A stretch of 64,000 nt of DNA from Candidatus Cloacimonadales bacterium (GTDB lineage Bacteria > Cloacimonadota > Cloacimonadia > Cloacimonadales > JAFGVF01), in assembly GCA_963677495.2 (NCBI GenBank), contig CAXXOU010000004.1, positions 960,001 to 1,024,000 on the forward strand, written 5' to 3'. Within the stretch, counting starts at the first letter, position 1; the number at the start of each line of letters is the position of its first letter. Positions 50,763 through 61,520 of the stretch are shown piece after piece. The notes under the pieces were generated by a model. It saw only the letters and a program-made list of their open reading frames with translations, was not told the DNA's origin and did no database searches. The position numbers were made by a program, and so were the translations under genes.

Positions 50763-51729
50763 CTTAGATTCGTTAAAAGAATTAACTTCCGCAGTAGATA
50801 GTATAAAAAAAGAGTTAAAAAAGGTAATCATTGGACAGGATAAAGTTATAACTGAGATACTTATAGCTCTGTTTGCAGATGGACATATTCTCTTAGAAGG
50901 AGTTCCAGGTCTTGCAAAAACTTTGATGATTTCAAGTTTGGCGAAAGTTCTTAATCTCAAGTTCAGTAGAATTCAGTTCACACCTGACTTAATGCCATCT
51001 GATATTACAGGTACAGATATTTTGGCAACTGATAACTCCGGTAAAAGAGCATTTAACTATATTAAAGGTCCTGTGTTTTCAAATATTATTTTAGCAGATG
51101 AGATAAACAGAACGCCACCTAAAACTCAGGCAGCCATGCTTCAGGCTATGCAAGAGAAGCAAGTATCAGCAGGTAATGAAACTTTTGATTTAGAACCTCC
51201 ATTTCTTGTTTTGGCTACACAAAATCCTATAGAACAAGAAGGTACGTATCCTCTACCTGAAGCTCAATTGGATAGATTTATGTTTAAGATTAGTATCAGT
51301 TATCCAACCCATGAAGAGGAGATTGAGATTGTTAAGTCTACAACGTTTGGACAGAGTAAACAGATTGAGTCTATACTTAGTGCTGAACAGATTATCGAGA
51401 TTCAGAAAAGTATACGACAAATACCTGTGAGTGAACATGTACTAGAATATGCTGTTAAACTTGTTCGTTCAACAAGACCAACTGAAGATACCATACCGGA
51501 ATCAGTAAAGAAATGGATTTCATGGGGTGCTGGTCCAAGAGCATCACAATACTTAGTACTTGCAGCTAAAACAAAAGCCGCAATTGAGGGTCGCCTAACT
51601 CCTTCTGAAGATGATGTTAAAGAAGTTGCTCTTATAGTTTTACGTCATAGAATATTAATCTCTTTTGCTGCTCAAGCAGAAGGGTTAACACCAGAAACTG
51701 TAATTGGTAAACTTATCAATGAGGTTTGA
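50755..51729 (+). CDS. MoxR-family AAA+ ATPase
   Basis: EGVPGLAKT, RIQFTPDLMPSD, DEINR, ATQNPIEQEGTYPLPEAQLDRF. Confidence 0.92.
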   Translation: MSNLDSLKELTSAVDSIKKELKKVIIGQDKVITEILIALFADGHILLEGVPGLAKTLMISSLAKVLNLKFSRIQFTPDLMPSDITGTDILATDNSGKRAFNYIKGPVFSNIILADEINRTPPKTQAAMLQAMQEKQVSAGNETFDLEPPFLVLATQNPIEQEGTYPLPEAQLDRFMFKISISYPTHEEEIEIVKSTTFGQSKQIESILSAEQIIEIQKSIRQIPVSEHVLEYAVKLVRSTRPTEDTIPESVKKWISWGAGPRASQYLVLAAKTKAAIEGRLTPSEDDVKEVALIVLRHRILISFAAQAEGLTPETVIGKLINEV

Positions 51730-51731
51730 TC

Positions 51732-52649
51732 ATGAAAAAGCTCATCATTATAGCAATTGCCCTTATATCTGCAGTTCTATTAAACTCATTTGATGTAAGA
51801 TATTTTAGTCACATATCTACGCTATATCTTGAAGATGCCGAGATGCTGGAGATTGGTGATGATAGATTAATTGTGAAAAGTAATGATGAACTTTATCACT
51901 ATGATACATTCTCTCCGGTTTTCCCATACCTCAAAGAGGTTTTTACTATTACAGGTTCAATTGACGATTTTACAATTGTCGATAATAAAGTGCTGTACGC
52001 TTCTGAGGATCTAAAAACAGAGATAACTAAAAAAGACACTATTTCAACAACAATGACTAAGCTTTCTTTCAAAGAATATTTTGGTTCATCTATTGAACAA
52101 GAAGGTGCTAATGTATTTATCGGACATTCAGATACAGGTTTAATCATAGAAGACATTCAAAGAGGATTAATTAGTCAGTATCATGATACTCATGGGATAA
52201 TATCACTAGCAGTGAATTGGCCATCTGTATTCGCGATCAACTCAATTGGACTAGAAGTAGTTAATGTTGAAGACATCTATAATCCTGAAGATTTAGGTAG
52301 AAACAGTGCTATCTTTCATCCTGAAGTGGTTGCGGTTTCTGGTAACAAATGTATAGTAGGAACTAAAAATCAGATTTTGTTTGTTGATGTAAAAGATCCT
52401 GGTGAACCTACAATTGTTAAGACAATTCGGACTGCTCATAGGGTAGAGGATATTGAAATTAAAGATGATGATGCATACATTGCACTTGGTAAAGGTGGTT
52501 TGTATGTTTATAATATATCTAACATAAAGAAGCCTAAAATGCTTGATGATTACAATACCAGAGGATATTGTAAAGACATTGAAATATCGGCTGATTACAT
52601 CTATGTTGCCGATGGTAATGCAGGTGTAATCATCCTTAAATTTGATTAA
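51732..52649 (+). CDS. Secreted LVIVD-repeat (beta-propeller-like) protein
   Basis: Signal peptide; AYIALGKGGLYVYNIS and YIYVADGNAGVII repeats. Confidence 0.65.
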   Translation: MKKLIIIAIALISAVLLNSFDVRYFSHISTLYLEDAEMLEIGDDRLIVKSNDELYHYDTFSPVFPYLKEVFTITGSIDDFTIVDNKVLYASEDLKTEITKKDTISTTMTKLSFKEYFGSSIEQEGANVFIGHSDTGLIIEDIQRGLISQYHDTHGIISLAVNWPSVFAINSIGLEVVNVEDIYNPEDLGRNSAIFHPEVVAVSGNKCIVGTKNQILFVDVKDPGEPTIVKTIRTAHRVEDIEIKDDDAYIALGKGGLYVYNISNIKKPKMLDDYNTRGYCKDIEISADYIYVADGNAGVIILKFD

Positions 52650-52658
52650 GGGGTTATA

Positions 52659-53324
52659 ATGAAAAAACTATTACTATTTATCATTCCACTATTGTTGTTG
52701 ATTGGTTGTGATACCAGAACACCTGATTATGCGGACCTTCAGTTTAGTATTGATCAGGAGATTGCTTATAATAGAGTTAATTATAATGAGTTTACTCTTT
52801 CTGTAAAACTTCAAGGTGATGATAGTCAAGTTGAATATAAGTATATCTACTTTGTTTATGATCACACTGCAGCTGCTTTCTTTGGTGGTGCTACCAATTC
52901 TGAAGTTCAGACAGATGAATATGGTAATGCAAATGTTACTATGTATATTACCGATCCAAACTATAGAGGTGATTTCGTCATAGAAGCTACGTATGAAGAC
53001 CAATCCATAACAAAATCTATATTGGTTCAAGACGTACCTGATATCACTTCATTAGTGGCAAATCCTACTAATATTCCTGCTGATGGCTATTCTCAATCTA
53101 GCATAACAATTCAATTAGCAAGCCTTTCAGATAATTTGGAAAATCAAAGGATACATTTTACAACTACAACCGGTTCAATCGTACCAAACGAGATTCTAAC
53201 TGATGAGTTTGGTATGGGTGAAGTTCGTTTTATTGCACCGGAAACTTATACTATAGCTACAATTAGAGCTGAATTGGATATCTGTGATGATGAGACTCGA
53301 GGAGTTCAAGTAATTTGCGAGTAG
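52659..53324 (+). CDS. Lipoprotein with bacterial Ig-like (Big_1/invasin-type) domains
   Basis: Lipobox LIGC; TDEYGNA, IPADG.SQS.IT, TDEFG motifs. Confidence 0.7.
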   Translation: MKKLLLFIIPLLLLIGCDTRTPDYADLQFSIDQEIAYNRVNYNEFTLSVKLQGDDSQVEYKYIYFVYDHTAAAFFGGATNSEVQTDEYGNANVTMYITDPNYRGDFVIEATYEDQSITKSILVQDVPDITSLVANPTNIPADGYSQSSITIQLASLSDNLENQRIHFTTTTGSIVPNEILTDEFGMGEVRFIAPETYTIATIRAELDICDDETRGVQVICE

Positions 53325-53327
53325 TCA

Positions 53328-53774
53328 ATGAGTAAAGTTAAACTTGGTAATAGTATAGCTTCAATACATCCGATTGAGAGGGGGAAGAAACTCAAACGTC
53401 CTTTGATTGGTAGTTTTATCCAAGCTGGTTTTCCTTCTCCCGCAACTGACTATATTGAGAAGTCACTTGATTTGAATGAATACTTGATTGAGCATCCCGC
53501 TGCAACATATTTTATCAGAGTTGATGGTTATTCAATGATAAATGCAGGAATCAATCCGGATGATATTCTTATTGTTGATCGAGCTATAGAAGCATCAAAC
53601 AACAAGATTGTTATTGCTGTTTATGATGGAGAACTAACAGTGAAACGATTAGCTGTAAGAAAGGGAATCTACTATCTCGTTCCTGAGAATCCTCAGTTTG
53701 ATGAGATAAAGATAACCGGAGAGGTTGAGTTTTCGATTTGGGGTGTTGTAACCTTCATTATTCATAAGGCCTGA
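53328..53774 (+). CDS. umuD: DNA polymerase V autoproteolytic subunit
   Basis: AGFPSPA cleavage region, GYSM (Ser), TVKRL (Lys); no LexA DNA-binding domain. Confidence 0.9.
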   Translation: MSKVKLGNSIASIHPIERGKKLKRPLIGSFIQAGFPSPATDYIEKSLDLNEYLIEHPAATYFIRVDGYSMINAGINPDDILIVDRAIEASNNKIVIAVYDGELTVKRLAVRKGIYYLVPENPQFDEIKITGEVEFSIWGVVTFIIHKA

Positions 53775-53775
53775 C

Positions 53776-55059
53776 ATGCCTTTGACTCCTGATAGTAGAA
53801 TCTATGCTCTAGTTGATTGTAATAGCTTCTATGCTTCATGTGAACGAGTTTTTCGACCTGATTTAAAAGGAAAACCTATTGCTGTCCTTTCAAACAATGA
53901 TGGTTGTATTGTTGCTAGATCTGCAGAGCTAAAGGCTCTGGGAATTCCAATGGGGGCTCCCGTATTTAAGTATGAAGATAAAATCACTAGAGCTGGTGGA
54001 GTAATTTTCTCTTCAAACTATGAACTATATGCTGATCTTTCCAATAGAGTCATGACAGTTCTGGATCGATTTACCCCAGAGCTTGAGATATACTCAATTG
54101 ATGAAGCCTTTTTGCTTCTAACAGGATTTAAAGATAGAGACCTTATTAAACTTGGGACGGAAATAAAAGAAACTGTGTTTCAATGGACAGGGATACCGGT
54201 TTCAGTTGGAATAGGTTCCACAAAGACACAAGCTAAAGTAGCAAACCATATCGCTAAGAGATATATGAAATTCAATTACGTTTTCTCAATGTATAAGCAT
54301 CCAAAGATAGATACAGTTCTAGACTATGTTCCTGTAGATGATATCTGGGGAATAGGCAGGCAATATGCTAGATTTCTAAATCAAAATGGTATAACTACAG
54401 CAAAATTACTTAGAGATGCAGATTTGCAATGGATCCGAAAATATATGACAGTAGTAGGAGCAAGAACTGTTTTAGAACTGAAGGGAATAGATTGTCTTGA
54501 ACTGGATATGGTTGAAGCTCCCAAGAAAGGAATCGTGTCGTCACGCTCCTTTGGTAAACCGGTTTCCAACCTGGAGGAACTTGAGGAAGCTGTCTCTACA
54601 TATATGACAAGAGCGTGCGAAAAACTACGAAATCAGAATTCAATAGCTTCGTATATTACAGTATTTCTGGGAACAAATCGATTTAAACCGGAAGCTCAGT
54701 ATTCAAACTCTTTGACCACAAAACTTCATGAGCCAACTGCATATACTCCAAAACTTATCGAAACCGGTATTCAGTTGTTAAAAGCTATATATAAACCTCA
54801 ATTTAATTATAAAAAAGCAGGAGTTATGCTAACCGGTATCGTAAATCAATTCAATGTTCCACCTGATGCCTTCGAACCAGCTTATGTTGATGATAAAACT
54901 AAAACAATTATGGATACGGTGGATCGTCTAAACAAAATACTAGGTCGTGATACCTTATACTACGCTAGTAACGGTGACAAACAAGAATGGCAAATGCGTA
55001 GAGAAAAACTCTCTCCTAAATATACTACAAGCTGGGACGATCTACCAACTGTTAAATGA
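53776..55059 (+). CDS. umuC: Y-family DNA polymerase V catalytic subunit
   Basis: DCNSFYASCE, SNNDGC, YSIDE, WQMRREKLSPKYTT.W tail. Confidence 0.92.
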   Translation: MPLTPDSRIYALVDCNSFYASCERVFRPDLKGKPIAVLSNNDGCIVARSAELKALGIPMGAPVFKYEDKITRAGGVIFSSNYELYADLSNRVMTVLDRFTPELEIYSIDEAFLLLTGFKDRDLIKLGTEIKETVFQWTGIPVSVGIGSTKTQAKVANHIAKRYMKFNYVFSMYKHPKIDTVLDYVPVDDIWGIGRQYARFLNQNGITTAKLLRDADLQWIRKYMTVVGARTVLELKGIDCLELDMVEAPKKGIVSSRSFGKPVSNLEELEEAVSTYMTRACEKLRNQNSIASYITVFLGTNRFKPEAQYSNSLTTKLHEPTAYTPKLIETGIQLLKAIYKPQFNYKKAGVMLTGIVNQFNVPPDAFEPAYVDDKTKTIMDTVDRLNKILGRDTLYYASNGDKQEWQMRREKLSPKYTTSWDDLPTVK

Positions 55060-55264
55060 TAAAGTGTTCCTAATCTATTTCAAACAAATCTTCTCTGAAT
55101 TTATACCCTCTTTAAACAAAGCTTAAAGAACTGCATAATAAAATATTAGCGATAATTCAGCCAGCTGATATCTAAGCTGTTCTTCAACTATTTAAATAAC
55201 TGTTTTCATGCCTATTTTAATGTTCATTTTACATATTAACCACCAATATGCCCCTTAACAAAAA

Positions 55265-55350
55265 CAAGGAATTACGTTGGATCCACCAAGGAGCCACCAA
55301 GGACCCTCCTAGGCGAAGCCCAAAGTTATTCACATCGCGTGGATAACTTT
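55265..55350. repeat. 11-bp-phased CAAGG array followed by an inverted pair of DnaA-box-like 9-mers
   Basis: CAAGG at 55265, 55287, 55298; CTAGG at 55309; TTATTCACA 55326-55334; TTATCCACG on minus strand 55346-55338. Confidence 0.65.
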
Positions 55351-55558
55351 CTCCAATGTTAAAGCAATTTCTTAATCGGGGGCATTAAGGTAGCGCAGAA
55401 ATCATGGAATATATGTGTGAACGGTGGGTATGTGTGGAGACTTGGAATTCGATAAGTAGTTAATAGATATCAACAAGTTCTGCATTAGTTTGATAATCTT
55501 TGAAAGTAATCATTGACATGTAAATATCTAAAGTCGATTCTTAGTATGAGGTAATATA

Positions 55559-56266
55559 ATGTACTCATATTCTAAAACAACAACAGGATTGAAATCGAAC
55601 GTAAATGAAGATTCGTTTTATTCATCTACAGATAAAAGCGAACAAGTCTACCTTCTATGCGATGGAATGGGAGGACATCCTGCTGGGGATATTGCATCAA
55701 GACTTTGTATAAAATACTTCTTAGAAGAGTACAGTAGCATGCAATCATTATTAACTACAACAAAAAATGTTAATCGTAGATTGAGAGAATATGCTTCAGC
55801 GTATCCAGATTGCCATAGGATGGGAACAACACTTATAGGTCTTTTTTTGAAGAAAGATATTGCAGAAATAGTTAGTGTAGGGGATAGTAGAATTTACCTT
55901 TTTACTGCAAAGGACTTTGAACAGTTGACTGAGGACCAATCTCCGGTTTGGGAACTGTTTGCTCAGGGAATGATAGAGAAGGATGATATAATAACTCATC
56001 CTCGAAAGAATATCATTAAAGAAGCTATTGGTCTTCACGATGAACCTGCAGTCAATCTTTATAGAGTTCAGTATCCTTCAGAGCATTGGATTTTTCTACT
56101 CTGTAGCGACGGGTTAACCGATGTTACCACAGATTCAGAGATTCATAATGTTTTGAAACAAGCGAAATCTTTAAAAGAGGGAGTTGAAGGTTTATCCAGA
56201 GTTGCCATTCAGAACAAATCTAGGGATGATATTACAATCACTTTAGTTTCAAATTATTTGGAATAA
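55559..56266 (+). CDS. PP2C-family Ser/Thr protein phosphatase
   Basis: NED, LCDGMGGH, MGTT, VGDSR, LCSDGL, DDIT. Confidence 0.9.
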   Translation: MYSYSKTTTGLKSNVNEDSFYSSTDKSEQVYLLCDGMGGHPAGDIASRLCIKYFLEEYSSMQSLLTTTKNVNRRLREYASAYPDCHRMGTTLIGLFLKKDIAEIVSVGDSRIYLFTAKDFEQLTEDQSPVWELFAQGMIEKDDIITHPRKNIIKEAIGLHDEPAVNLYRVQYPSEHWIFLLCSDGLTDVTTDSEIHNVLKQAKSLKEGVEGLSRVAIQNKSRDDITITLVSNYLE

Positions 56267-56508
56267 CTAGCAGTAACAGTAAAAAATATATGGAAGTACT
56301 TATAAAACTGCTTAAAAAAATAAGTGCATTGAGCTAATCTATAAGTGAATAACTGTTGAATACAGTAGGTTTTTATTTAAAAAAAGCAAGTCTAGTTTAT
56401 TATGGTATCTCTTTCTAATCAAACCTATCTTAGATTTACCCTTTAATGCACTAAGATATGTCTTGACTTTAGTGTATGAGATATTTTTTTTAATTAAAAG
56501 AAATATGA

Positions 56509-57036
56509 ATGGAAATTATGTCATCAGAATTAAAATTAGATAAATCAAAAAAACAACTGTATCTTGCTTTTTTTACGGCATTTGCAGTAACAGCATATAT
56601 ATTTGAAGCAGTGATACCGAAGCCTCTACCTTTTGTGCGTATTGGGCTTGCAAATATTGCTGTGCTTTTGCTCATTGCAGATGGTTTTGCAGTCTTAGGC
56701 TTTGCGGTTTCTCTGCTAAAAATAGTTATAGGTGGATTCTTTATAGGAACGCTTTTCACGCTTGTTTCTCTCATATCTCTTGGGGGAAGTATTTGTGCTG
56801 TAGCTGTAATGATTATAGCTTATAAGACAAAAACAGGATTAAGCTTGATCGGCGTAAGTATACTTGGTGCTATTGTACATAATCTAGCACAGTTAATCGT
56901 ACTCCGGCTAATCATGATCCAATCTGATTCTGTTTATAGATTTATCCCTATTTTATTAATTATTGGTCTAGTCTCTGGTTCAATAACAGGATTTGTATCA
57001 TTATTGCTAAGAAAAAAAATATCTTTCGGGGCATAA
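56509..57036 (+). CDS. Gx transporter family / heptaprenyl-diphosphate synthase component I-like membrane protein
   Basis: EAVIPKPLPFVRIGLAN and GVSILGAIVHNLAQL motifs. Confidence 0.8.
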   Translation: MEIMSSELKLDKSKKQLYLAFFTAFAVTAYIFEAVIPKPLPFVRIGLANIAVLLLIADGFAVLGFAVSLLKIVIGGFFIGTLFTLVSLISLGGSICAVAVMIIAYKTKTGLSLIGVSILGAIVHNLAQLIVLRLIMIQSDSVYRFIPILLIIGLVSGSITGFVSLLLRKKISFGA

Positions 57037-57037
57037 A

Positions 57038-59161
57038 ATGGAAGACTTGAAGAAATATTTTAAGAAGTACCTCTTTATTGAAGCTTGTATAGTGATGGGT
57101 GTAATTGGCATCGTTTTAGGAATTCTATGGTACTATTCTGACGAATTGCCACCTGTTACAGAAATGCGTAACTATCATATGGCTCAAGGTTCTGAAGTTT
57201 ATGATAGGTATGGAAGATTAATACATATGTTTGCGTTTGAAAAACGAACCATGGCTTACTATCAGGAGTTGCCATCATACTTGGTGGATGCACTAATTGC
57301 AACAGAAGATAACAATTTCTACAACCACTTTGGTGTTGATGTAAAGGGTACTACCAGAGCGATGCTTGTGAATCTGAGAAGAGGGGGGTTCTCGCAGGGA
57401 GCTTCAACAATAACTCAGCAGCTTGCCAGAGCACTTTTCCTAACACAAAATAAGCAGATGACTCGAAAGATTAAAGAAGCTATGCTTGCATTGATAATTG
57501 AGAAGAATTTTTCTAAAAGTGAAATTATCGAGATGTATTTCAATAAAGTTTATTTTGGTGGTGGAGTATATGGCATTGAAACTGCAGCTAAGCATTACTT
57601 CAAGAAGTCAGCAAGTGAACTGTCTTTACCAGAGGCTGCAACTTTAGCAGGTATTTTACAGATACCTAATTATCTTAATCCGATTAAACATCCTGAAAGA
57701 GCGATCAAAAGGCGTAATCTAGTACTGAAACGAATGTATGAAGAAGATAAGATAAATCAGGAACAGTTCCTCGTTGCTAAAAATGCTCCATTGATTCAAG
57801 ATCGAGCACCGGTAAAAAATGACCCAGCTGATTATTTTATAGAACATATCAGATTGCAACTAGAGCGTAAATATGGAACACAGATGTTGTTTGAAGGTGG
57901 TCTGAAGATATATACTACTATGGACTATGACCTTACACAGTATGCTGATTCTGTAATGAATGAGTATTTAACGAAACGTGAAGAATCTAGAGGTTACGAA
58001 AAGAAATATGCAGACTTTTCACCAACTCAAGATGACATAAAAACTCCATATCTGCAAGGTGGAATGTTATCTCTTGAAGCAGAGACAGGAGAAGTTCTAG
58101 CTATGCTCGGTGGCAGAAACCACAACCATAGCAAGTTTAACAGAATGATACATGCTAGACGTTCCCCTGGTTCATCAGTAAAACCAATACTTTACACATC
58201 AGGACTAGAAAAAGGTTATACACCTGCCACTGTCATTCAGGATGCTCCGACCGTTGTTCATTTGTTATCAGGGCAGGAATGGAGACCGCATAATTATCGA
58301 AGAAACAGATATTACGGATATGTCACATTAAGAGAGGCTTTAGCAAACTCACACAATGTTTGGGCAGTAAAAGCATTATATGATATAGGTGCAGCAAATT
58401 TTGCTCAAATGGCTTATAGATTTGGTTTAACTACAGGGAAACACGCAAATATGTCAAGTGCATTGGGTACTACCGAAGTAAAACCCATTAACTTAATCTC
58501 ATCATATACCACATTCCCGAACAATGGATGGCGAGTAATACCACAGTTCATTAAAAAAGTGGTAGATAGAGATGGTAAAATACTTGAAGAGATGGTAGTA
58601 AGAAAAGAGGAAGTGTGTAATCCTGAAGTTGCATATTTAATGACCAATATGATGGAAAGTGTTGTAACAAGAGGTTCCGGTTGGATGGCTAAACTCAATG
58701 GTATGGATCTACCAGCAGCAGGGAAAACAGGTACAACTGACAATTATAAGGATGCTTGGTTTATTGGGTTTAACAAGAAGATAGTGACAGGTATATGGGT
58801 AGGATTTGATACCAACATCAGCATGGGAGATAAGATGTCAGGTGGTGTTGTTTGTGCCCCTCCTTGGTCAAAAATACAGTTAAAAGCAATAATCAATCAG
58901 AATCATGGTGTAAAACCTAAAAAGAATGATTCCAGATATAGATTCGTAGTGCCTGAGAATATTGTTAAAGTGCCAATTAATCCAACTACAGGATTCTTGG
59001 CTTTCAATGAAGAGAATGCAAAAGATGAGGTATTTATTGATGGTACTGAGCCAAAAGAATTCTTGAGCAGTTCTATGTATAATTTTTATCCGACTCAATA
59101 CAAAATGAGTGCAGATTCTGTGATGGTATTAGAGGAGAAATCAGTGAGATGGTATAATTAA
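57038..59161 (+). CDS. Class A penicillin-binding protein (PBP1A family)
   Basis: EDNNFYNHFGVD, GASTITQQL, RKIKE; SxxK (SSVK), SHN, KTG. Confidence 0.92.
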   Translation: MEDLKKYFKKYLFIEACIVMGVIGIVLGILWYYSDELPPVTEMRNYHMAQGSEVYDRYGRLIHMFAFEKRTMAYYQELPSYLVDALIATEDNNFYNHFGVDVKGTTRAMLVNLRRGGFSQGASTITQQLARALFLTQNKQMTRKIKEAMLALIIEKNFSKSEIIEMYFNKVYFGGGVYGIETAAKHYFKKSASELSLPEAATLAGILQIPNYLNPIKHPERAIKRRNLVLKRMYEEDKINQEQFLVAKNAPLIQDRAPVKNDPADYFIEHIRLQLERKYGTQMLFEGGLKIYTTMDYDLTQYADSVMNEYLTKREESRGYEKKYADFSPTQDDIKTPYLQGGMLSLEAETGEVLAMLGGRNHNHSKFNRMIHARRSPGSSVKPILYTSGLEKGYTPATVIQDAPTVVHLLSGQEWRPHNYRRNRYYGYVTLREALANSHNVWAVKALYDIGAANFAQMAYRFGLTTGKHANMSSALGTTEVKPINLISSYTTFPNNGWRVIPQFIKKVVDRDGKILEEMVVRKEEVCNPEVAYLMTNMMESVVTRGSGWMAKLNGMDLPAAGKTGTTDNYKDAWFIGFNKKIVTGIWVGFDTNISMGDKMSGGVVCAPPWSKIQLKAIINQNHGVKPKKNDSRYRFVVPENIVKVPINPTTGFLAFNEENAKDEVFIDGTEPKEFLSSSMYNFYPTQYKMSADSVMVLEEKSVRWYN

Positions 59162-60312
59162 TGGTAACAGACATAATCATTATTCTTGAAGCCATATGTT
59201 CGTTAGGTTACATCTTTTTAACTTTTATGTTTGTGATAGGGATGCTTCGTTACAAAATAAAGAAGAATTATAATAAGAAAACTGTTTCTGTTTGTATAGC
59301 AGCGAGGAATGAGTCTGCTAATCTCAGAAATTTACTTACAGCTTTGGTTAATCAGACTTATTCAACTGAACTTTATGAAGTGATAATTGCTGATGACCTA
59401 TCTGAAGACGATTCTAGAGACATAATCAGAAGCTTTATTACTAAGTATCCTTTTGTTAAACTACTTGAAGTTAAAGATAGAGATCAAGTTGTTTCACCCA
59501 AGAAAAATGCATTAACCAAAGCGATAGCTACGGCTAAAGGAGAGGTTATACTAACTACTGATGCTGATTGCATTGTGAAATCAACATGGGTAGAATCAAT
59601 GGTTACAGCGTTTTATGATGATTCAGTTTCTTTAGTGGCCGGTTATTCTGAAATAGATATAAGAAGGTGGAAAGGAACTTCAGTGTTACATAAGTTTGAG
59701 TATTTTGATTTTGCTGCTTTATATACGGCTGTTATGGGATCCTTTGCATGGGGACATGGTTTAACATGTATTGGACAGAATCTAGCTTATACAAGAAAAG
59801 CATTTAATACAGTTGGTGGATTCGATAAGATTAAGCACTTAATATCAGGAGATGATGTAAACCTATTGCAATTAATGAGAAAGGCAAAACTAAAGACAAT
59901 ATTTAACTTCGATAATGGTAGTTTTGTATCAACCAATAGAATTGTAGGTTGGAAACAACTGATTAACCAGAGGAGCAGATGGGCTTGGAATGTTAAATGG
60001 CAGATAAAATTAAGACCATTGTATTTCTGGTCAATCGCATTAGTACTAATCTATTATTCAGGTGTTATCGCTCTCATATTTTTGAACTGGAAAATGGCAG
60101 TATTTTTCTCTCTTCTAAGAGCTGTATTGGAAATAGTGTTACTATCTGTTGGGTTCCATTATTTAGATGTTGAGAAAAAGAGGATAATGTTCTATCCAAT
60201 CTGGGCTTTCATGATGCCATTTTTATATCTAATTACAGTTCCAATGGGGCAGATGAATATGTTTGAATGGTATGGGAAAAAGCCAACTAAATCAAAAATT
60301 AAGAGGAAGTAA
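59161..60312 (+). CDS. Membrane GT2 glycosyltransferase
   Basis: AARNE, TDADC, SGDD, QRSRW motifs; TM helices. Confidence 0.88.
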   Translation: MVTDIIIILEAICSLGYIFLTFMFVIGMLRYKIKKNYNKKTVSVCIAARNESANLRNLLTALVNQTYSTELYEVIIADDLSEDDSRDIIRSFITKYPFVKLLEVKDRDQVVSPKKNALTKAIATAKGEVILTTDADCIVKSTWVESMVTAFYDDSVSLVAGYSEIDIRRWKGTSVLHKFEYFDFAALYTAVMGSFAWGHGLTCIGQNLAYTRKAFNTVGGFDKIKHLISGDDVNLLQLMRKAKLKTIFNFDNGSFVSTNRIVGWKQLINQRSRWAWNVKWQIKLRPLYFWSIALVLIYYSGVIALIFLNWKMAVFFSLLRAVLEIVLLSVGFHYLDVEKKRIMFYPIWAFMMPFLYLITVPMGQMNMFEWYGKKPTKSKIKRK

Positions 60313-61517
60313 TGAATATATATATATTTGACGATGCTAAAACCAGTAATTTTTATCCATTAACTCTTAATAGGGCTACTTGTGACTTAAGGGTTGGTAT
60401 TTTAAAGCTAGGTCAGAGAATCAAAGCTTATTATCAAACAGAGGATACGAACATAATTATTGCAAGGTACTTAGAAGAGCTTTATAAAGAAAGGCATCCC
60501 GATTGGAATGTAAATAATGTTGAAGAAGGTGAAAGCCTTTTTATTAATTCTAGAGTTAGAATTGATGGTGATTTTATCTTTAGTACAACTTCTTTAGATT
60601 TTGGTGAAGGGTTGATGTTAGATGAAGATATAATTGCATTCAAACTTAAGGCAACAGGTATCACATGTTCTACCGAATCACTTGATAGATTATCTAAAAA
60701 TATCTCCTTTTCTCAGATTGATGTAAAAACATGGAACTATCCTTGGGAGCTTGTATCTATGAATGGAGACTTGATAGAACATGATTTTAAAGAATATTTC
60801 TATGATAAGGATAACTACTTTGAAACAGAACATGGAGTGACAGTTGTTAATCCATATAATGTTTGGATAGGAGAAGGAACAAAGCTTGGAGTAAACTCTG
60901 TACTAGACGCTACAAATGGTCCCATAGTAATTGATGAAAACGCAGAAATCATGGCTAATACCTTTATCGAAGGCCCCTGTTTTATAGGTAAGAAATCGAA
61001 GATAAAAGTCGGAGCAAAAATATACGAAGGTACATCAATAGGACCAGTCTGCAAAGTTGGGGGAGAGGTCGAAGAGACAATTATCCAGGCATACACTAAT
61101 AAGCAACATGATGGATTTCTTGGGCATGCTTATTTGGGAGAATGGGTAAACCTGGGAGCTGGAACTTCAAACAGTGATTTAAAAAATACATACAAAAATG
61201 TGAAAGTCTATAACTACAACCTAAAAGATAAGATGGATTCAGGTACTCAATTTATGGGTTGTATTATTGGTGACCATTCAAAGATAGGAATTAACTGTAG
61301 TATTAATACCGGAACTGTAATTGGAATTGGTGCTAATCTTTATGGTAAAGAACTAATAGATGGTTTTATTCCTTCATTTAAATGGGGAGAAAATAGTAAT
61401 TTGGTTGATTATAGAATGTGTAAGTTTTTTGATACAGCCAATTTAGTTAAACGAAGAAGAGCTCTTTCTCTATCTGATGTTGAGAAGGATATATATAAAA
61501 AGATAATAAAGGATTAA
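60312..61517 (+). CDS. Putative sugar nucleotidyltransferase with hexapeptide repeats (GlmU-like)
   Basis: PLTLNRA.CDLRVGI, KVGGEVE, NKQHDGFLGH, NSDLKN. Confidence 0.8.
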   Translation: MNIYIFDDAKTSNFYPLTLNRATCDLRVGILKLGQRIKAYYQTEDTNIIIARYLEELYKERHPDWNVNNVEEGESLFINSRVRIDGDFIFSTTSLDFGEGLMLDEDIIAFKLKATGITCSTESLDRLSKNISFSQIDVKTWNYPWELVSMNGDLIEHDFKEYFYDKDNYFETEHGVTVVNPYNVWIGEGTKLGVNSVLDATNGPIVIDENAEIMANTFIEGPCFIGKKSKIKVGAKIYEGTSIGPVCKVGGEVEETIIQAYTNKQHDGFLGHAYLGEWVNLGAGTSNSDLKNTYKNVKVYNYNLKDKMDSGTQFMGCIIGDHSKIGINCSINTGTVIGIGANLYGKELIDGFIPSFKWGENSNLVDYRMCKFFDTANLVKRRRALSLSDVEKDIYKKIIKD

Positions 61518-61520
61518 TCA

